Below, piece after piece: positions 42,170-47,149 of a stretch of 47,149 bases of DNA (the first letter of the stretch is position 1; the number at the start of each line of letters is the position of its first letter). The notes beneath the pieces are model-generated. The model did no database searches. It saw only the letters and a list, made by a program, of their open reading frames with translations, and had not been told where the DNA came from. The DNA lies in contig RQSC01000012.1 of NCBI GenBank assembly GCA_013416795.1, forward strand, positions 165,249 through 212,397, read 5' to 3'. The stretch is from Prasinococcaceae sp. CCMP 1430. Its lineage: Eukaryota; Plantae; Prasinodermophyta. A program made the position numbers and the translations under genes.

Positions 42170-42391
42170 CTACCTGCGCCCGCACTGCAGCAGCGAGCCG
42201 GCGCCGAGCATGACGCCGAAGACGGCCGCGCTGCCCACGGCGTTGCGACCAATGTGGCGAATCTTGAGCAGGCCCGGCACCTCGTTGACGAAGGCCTCGT
42301 ACGTGCCGTACACGGTGCCGAATGAGCAGCCCACCACGCCGCCGAGGAAGGCGCCATACTTCACTCTTTGCGCGCAGTGGTCATCGAGCAT
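42170..42391 (-). CDS. Mgr2/Romo1 family mitochondrial TIM23-associated small protein (73 aa); probable 5'-UTR intron of about 42397-42821
   Basis: GAFLGGVVG...G.VYGTYEA...VPGLLKIRHIG...GSAAVFG..LGAGSLLQCG matches the plant Mgr2/Romo1 pattern. Confidence 0.92.
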   Translation of the reverse strand: MLDDHCAQRVKYGAFLGGVVGCSFGTVYGTYEAFVNEVPGLLKIRHIGRNAVGSAAVFGVMLGAGSLLQCGRR

Positions 42392-42853
42392 GGCTGCTCA
42401 CTTCGCCGCCGCGGAGCGTAGCGTCACCAACGTACGCAGCACACAAGCGCCGGCGTTCGTGCGCGCGCGGCCAATCGCAGAGGTGGACACGCGCACAGAC
42501 ACGGCGGGGCACCGATTCGCGGCGGCAGGTGCGGCGAACGCGCGCGTCAGCGCCAGCAGCGAGCGGGCAGGAAGCACGGGAACACACGCGCGGCGGGGCG
42601 CCTCCACCTCGCCACCCTAACACGCCAGCAGAGAGCGGGGCGCGGCGGCCCGGGGCGCGGCGTTCGGCGGCGGCGGCGCGGGCCCTTCCCCCAGCCTCCC
42701 TCCTCCCCTCGCGCGCGCTCCGCACCGCACCTCCCGCCCACGTGCGCGGCAGCGGCGGCGGCAGCAGCGCGCGCTGTGGCCGCGGTGCCGCGCGCAGCAG
42801 ACGCAGCGTGTGCGCACGCACGCGGAGATCGCATCGCCTTTTAAGGTTTTTAC

Positions 42854-42863
42854 TTTAGGGTTT
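42854..42863. promoter_or_regulatory. Perfect telo-box (TTTAGGGTTT) upstream of the inferred Mgr2 5'-UTR exon
   Basis: Direct reading; it lies in a short AT-rich patch. Confidence 0.55.
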
Positions 42864-43065
42864 GTACCAATCATGCGCGCCGCTTCTCAAGCGCCGTGGC
42901 AACGTTCCCGACTCGTGCCGTGACGGCACGGCGCGGTGCCGTACGTGCACGTCCTCGGCCGTCGCGCAGCCCTCGCGGAGCGAAGCGGGCGCATGCTGCG
43001 CATGGCGTGCTGTGCTCGAGCGATGGCGTGAGTGGCCAATGCTCTCAGGTTGTCGCCTGTCCGTC

Positions 43066-43162
43066 GTGTGTGGGTGTGTGGGTGTGGGTGATGCGTGTGT
43101 GCGTGACACAGACGCAGAAAGGCGACAGCGACGTGTGTGTGTGTGTATGTGTGTGTGTGTGT
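43066..43162. repeat. Compound (GT)n microsatellite region in the Mgr2/GSIII divergent interval
   Basis: Direct reading. Confidence 0.85.
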
Positions 43163-43599
43163 GCAACATGTGTGAGCGCGCCGGCGTGTGCCATGGCGTA
43201 CCATCTGATGGTACACACCTGAGCACTTCTGCGCGTGCGCGGACGAGCTGTGTTTATGTGTGGGACCCCGGCGCGGACAGTGGGACCGTCGCGCGCGCCG
43301 GCGCTGCGCGCAGCCAAAAAAAAAACATCCGCTGCGCCCGCCGAAAAGGGCGCGGGCGCCCCTCGTTCCGAGTGCGCGCGAATGCGCGCGGCGCCCGAAA
43401 GCTGCGGTGCGCTGCCGCGGGGCGATTCCGGGGAAAAATCCGATCGGAGCCCGATCGGACGGACGCGCGGGAAAAAAACGTGCGGGGTTCCGCGCGGGGC
43501 GCCAGAGCGCGCGGGAGAGGCGGGGTCCAGCTGGCCTCGTACGCGCACCCTCCGCCGACGGCGCGACCGATCGGAGCACCACAGAGCCCGCGGATCGCC

Positions 43600-46152
43600 A
43601 TGATGAGGGCTGCCGCCGCATCCGCGCGAGCGCCGAGCGCGCGCGCCCGCGACGGCCTCGAGGCGCGCGGCTGTGCGCGCGGTCGCGCAGCCGCCCAAGC
43701 AGCGCCCGCCCGCCGACCGCACCGTGCAGGTAAGCGCCGCGGGGGCGCCTGCGCGCTGCGCATGTGTGCGATGCGGGCCGTGAGCTGACCGGGCCCTTCT
43801 GGATACTTGTGCCCTAGTCACAGGCTGCAACGAAGCCCTACGGCGGCGCGCAGATCGAGGACTACGGAAAGTACGTCTTCAGGGGCGCCGTCGCCGACTC
43901 GTACCTCGAGCCTTTCGGCCTCACCTCCGAGGACCTGAGTAGCCTCGACTGGACCTTCGACGAGGACAAGGTGTGCGGACGCCGCGCTCGCGCGCGATGG
44001 CGCCAGCTCTGGCCTGCCAGCCGTGGCCTGCCAGCCGGCGGCCACGCCGGCCAGGCGCCAGCGGACGCGTCACGCTCATATGTGTCTGCAATGTGTGACC
44101 AGCTGACTGATGCTCTCTTCGTGCCATGTCCCTCGCGTCGTGCTCGTGTTGGCGCCCGTCGCGGCGTAGGCGGAGCTTGTCGCGACGGCGATGCGCGACT
44201 GGGCCGTCGACTGTGGGGCCACATCGTACGCGCACTGGTTCCAGCCGATGGGCGCCGGCGGTGTTCGTCACGGGCAGGCTGCCTGCGTGCAGACCTCAAT
44301 GCTCAGCTTCGGCGCGGACGGGCGTCCCAGCTATGAGTTCTCCGCCGACGACCTTCTCACCGGCGAGACGGACGGATCGAGCTACCCCAACGGCGGCATG
44401 CGCGCGACGCACACCGCGGGTGGCTATTTGGCGGTCGATCCGCTCAGCCCCCCTTTCGTGCTGGGCGATGTCATGTTTATCCCGGCGGCTTTCATCGCGT
44501 ACACCGGCCAGGCCCTCGACGAGAAGACGCCGCTGCACCGCTCGGCCGAGGCACTCTCGGATCAGGGCACGCGCCTGCTGAACCTGCTCGGCGTTGAGTG
44601 CACGGGCATTGTCGCGAACATCGGCCTCGAGCAGGAGATCTTCCTCGTGCCTCGCGACGCCTACTACACGCGACCTGACCTGCAGTTCGTTGGTCGCACG
44701 CTCATTGGCAAGGCGCCCGCGCGCGGCCAGGAGATGTCCGATCACTACATGGCGCCGCTCACGTCGGCCACCGCGGCTCTGGCGTGCATGCAGGCAATTC
44801 AGGAGGAGTGCTTCAAGCTGGGCATTCCGCTGAAGACGCGCCACCGTGAGGTCGCCCCCAACCAGTACGAGTTCGCGCCGCTCTTCGGCGACTGCCGCGT
44901 GCAGACCGACCAGAACCTGCTTGTGATGCAGATCATCGAGGAGACGGCCGCAAAGTACAACCTGGCGGCGCTGCTTCACGAGAAGCCCTTCGCAGGGGTC
45001 AACGGCTCGGGCAAGCACAACAACTGGAGCTTCGCCACCGTGGAGGGCCTGCAGCTGCTCAACCCGAAGCAGGTCTTGAAGACAACGGGCAACCCAGACC
45101 TCTTTCCGGCCATCATGGCGGCCGTCGTGCGCGGCGTCGACCTCTACGGTGACCTCCTGCGCCTGTCCATTGCCTCACCGGGCAACGACTTCCGCCTGGG
45201 CGCCATGGAGGCGCCGCCGGCCGTGATGTCGACCTACCTCGGCAGCAGCCTGACCGAGTACCTCGAGAGCTACGTCGCCGGCGAGGACGTCGAGGGCTAC
45301 TCGCCCACCAAGATGAGGCTGCCCTTCGGCGTGAAGTCGCTGCGTCCCATGGATATCCCCTCCGAGGACCGCAACCGCACGTCGCCCCTCCCGTACGGAG
45401 GCAACCGCTTCGAATTCCGCGCCGCGGGATCGAGCCAGAACGTGTCCATGATCAACACGGTGCTTAACACGATCACCGCAGAGGGGATGAAGGTCATCGC
45501 CGACAGGGTCGAGGCTGGTGAGGACCTCAAGGCCGTTACGCAGGACCTGCTCAAGACACACATGAAGTGCGTGTTTAACGGCGATGGCTACGACCCCGCC
45601 TGGCCGGACAAGGCGGTCGAGCTCGGCATCTTCCGCATCGATTCTGGCGTGGACGCCGTCGCCGAGCTCACGGCCGACAAGAACATCAAGCTGTTCGGCG
45701 AGATGGGCGTCCTCAACGAGGAGGAATGCGAGGCTCGCAAGAACGTCATGTTTGACCACTACGTGGGCATCGTCGAGATGGAGGTGCTGTGCTTGAAAGA
45801 CATGATCCAGCAGCACATCCTCCCTTCCTGCGAGGCGAGCGACTCCTGTGACGTTGAGACCCTCCAGAGGCTGCAGAAGGCCGCCACGACTCTCGTCGAA
45901 AAGGCGGTAGAGGTTGAGGAGGCCGCGAGCCCCGAGGAGGCGGCCAAGCTCGCGCACACGCTGCGTTTCGGCACGATGGAGCATGTTCGCGCGCTGTGCG
46001 ACGAGACTGAGGCGAGCTGCAAGGCTGACCTGTGGACGATGGCCACGTACAAGGATCTGCTCTTCCTGGACACGCACACGCATCTCAGGGAGGAGCTCGC
46101 CTTCGGCGCCGCTACCTCCGACTCAAACTCCCCGGGTTTTGGCGGTTTTTAG
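43600..46152 (+). CDS. Glutamine synthetase type III with putative transit peptide; exons 43600-43729 (apparent frameshift), 43824-43970, 44170-46152
   Basis: GATSYAHWFQPM, GETDGSSYPNGGMRATHTAGGY, GLEQEIFL, GQEMSDHY, LKTRHREVAPNQYEFAP, LHEKPFAGVNGSGKHNNWS, FRLGAMEAPPAVMS and DRNRTSPLPYGGNRFEFRAAGSSQ are diagnostic of GSIII. Confidence 0.96.
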
Positions 46153-46380
46153 GCGGCCTCGCTGGTGCGAGCCGATGGCTGCGTTGACGACGCACCCACG
46201 CGCGTTCGACAGCGGATCCGCCGCCTAGCGCGCGCGCGCGCTCGACGCTCGCATACCTAGCCCGTTGTAGCGCCACGCCGCGTGGCAAGAAGTCGCCGCG
46301 CTGCGCAGACGCGAATGGCCTTTCCTTGTCGTAAAACGGGATCGCTTGTTCGTGCGCACCGCTTCGCGCTCGGCGCCCCC

Positions 46381-47092
46381 TCACCTACCGGCCGCGAGTA
46401 GCTCCTCCGCCTCGCCCGCAAGCTTAAAGACGAACTCCGGGTTGTACAGCGTGTGTTCCGCGTCCCAAGGTTGCTCGAGCGCGATCTGCCGATTGACATT
46501 GGCGCCGACAATGAGCCCCAGGCGCGTGATGACGCTGTAGCTCTTGGTGTAAGGGCCTTTGTTGAAGTGGTAGTTCAGATCGTAGTCTGCTTTCATTCGT
46601 TCGAATGTCTCCATGTCGTTGCTCTCGCCTTTTACGAGCGCCTACGCGGCATGGGCGCGCGCGCGAAGGAGGGAGAGAAAGTGTCGAGTCAGCGGCCTCG
46701 TACTCGATCGGGGACAGTGCGCGAGCACGAACGCCACGCATGCGCACCTTGATCAGGGCAACGAACTCTGCCGAGTCGGCTTGGTACTCATCGAGCGTGT
46801 GGAATGGCACGCGGGCGGTCTGCTCGTTGCATTCCCGCTGGATGGGTATGCACGGCAGAGGCTTGTCGATTTTGCCCGCCGAGAAGAGCGACGCATGCGC
46901 TGGAGGTGCCGCAACCGCGCCGGCTCCTCCCGCGGCAATCGCAATCACGCCGGCGAGCGCCAGGCGGCGCCCCTGCGCCTGCTCGCCATCTGTCACACGA
47001 TTCTCATTCGCCCCCCTCGGGTGTTCCTTTGCATGGCATTGCGCCCTCCGTGGCTGGCAGGACGTCCGGGCCGGCCTGCCGCCGCGGCGCAT
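46381..47092 (-). CDS. Thylakoid-lumen protein with a twin-arginine signal, divergent Psb27-like four-helix candidate; exons 47092-46748, 46641-46381; start may lie outside the window
   Basis: RR-LALAGVIAIAAGGAGAVAAPPAHA|S (Tat signal with A-x-A cleavage site). The mature part begins DEYQADS and ends EAEELLAAGR*, echoing the Psb27 termini. The intron is frame-preserving. Confidence 0.5.
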
Positions 47093-47149
47093 GCGGTCGC
47101 CGCGCTCGAGTCCGCGCTGCTGCTGACCCGCCGCCTCCCACTCGGGCGA

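Noticed and set aside
42862-43788. 308-aa ORF with a Cys-rich CVCMCVCVC segment
   Set aside because: The Cys pattern is a translation of the (GT)n microsatellite. The region is promoter/UTR plus GSIII exon 1.
527-46747. Introner-like repeated introns
   Set aside because: The introns share only donor and branch motifs. I see no internal sequence similarity between them.
1-47149. CRISPR arrays, prokaryotic defence operons, transposases, rRNA, tRNA, snRNA, TPP riboswitch and selenoprotein UGA recoding
   Set aside because: I found no regularly spaced repeats, no transposase or RT motifs, no tRNA T-loop/D-loop pairs, no recognisable rRNA or snRNA sequence, and no in-frame UGA within conserved domains. 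A covariance-model search would be needed to exclude small ncRNAs.

Overview
This is eukaryotic nuclear DNA, very GC-rich and gene-dense, with two assembly gaps (3204-3848 and 5551-6136). It most likely comes from an early-diverging, prasinophyte-grade green alga. That is an inference from plastid and thylakoid targeting peptides, TGTAA poly(A)-type signals, short GT-AG introns with GTGCG donors and CTGAC branch points, a HIS6-type isomerase and a type III glutamine synthetase. I can support about 23 protein-coding genes, and I resolved most of their splice junctions by hand. In order they encode: nucleotide-sugar transporter, SET methyltransferase, acetate kinase, ADS/FAD5-type desaturase, C5orf34-like protein, F-box/JmjC protein, CUE protein, polyQ protein, alpha/beta hydrolase, PRP6, SMU1, SEC15, ZTL/FKF1-like F-box-Kelch protein, DUF985 cupin, atypical SDR, putative glycosyltransferase-like protein, Borealin, a coiled-coil protein, TruA, HIS6, Mgr2/Romo1, GSIII and a Psb27-like lumen protein. 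I found no rRNA, tRNA, CRISPR array or transposase. The most interesting observations are: (1) a ZEITLUPE/FKF1-type F-box-Kelch protein with no LOV photosensor; (2) a cluster of MSA (MYB3R) elements in the bidirectional promoter shared by Borealin and an uncharacterised D-box coiled-coil gene; (3) an operon-like ATGA stop/start overlap that suggests a polycistronic locus; (4) a probably catalytically dead F-box-JmjC protein; (5) near-strict strand alternation of genes. Family assignments rest on motifs recalled from known proteins; no database searches were run.
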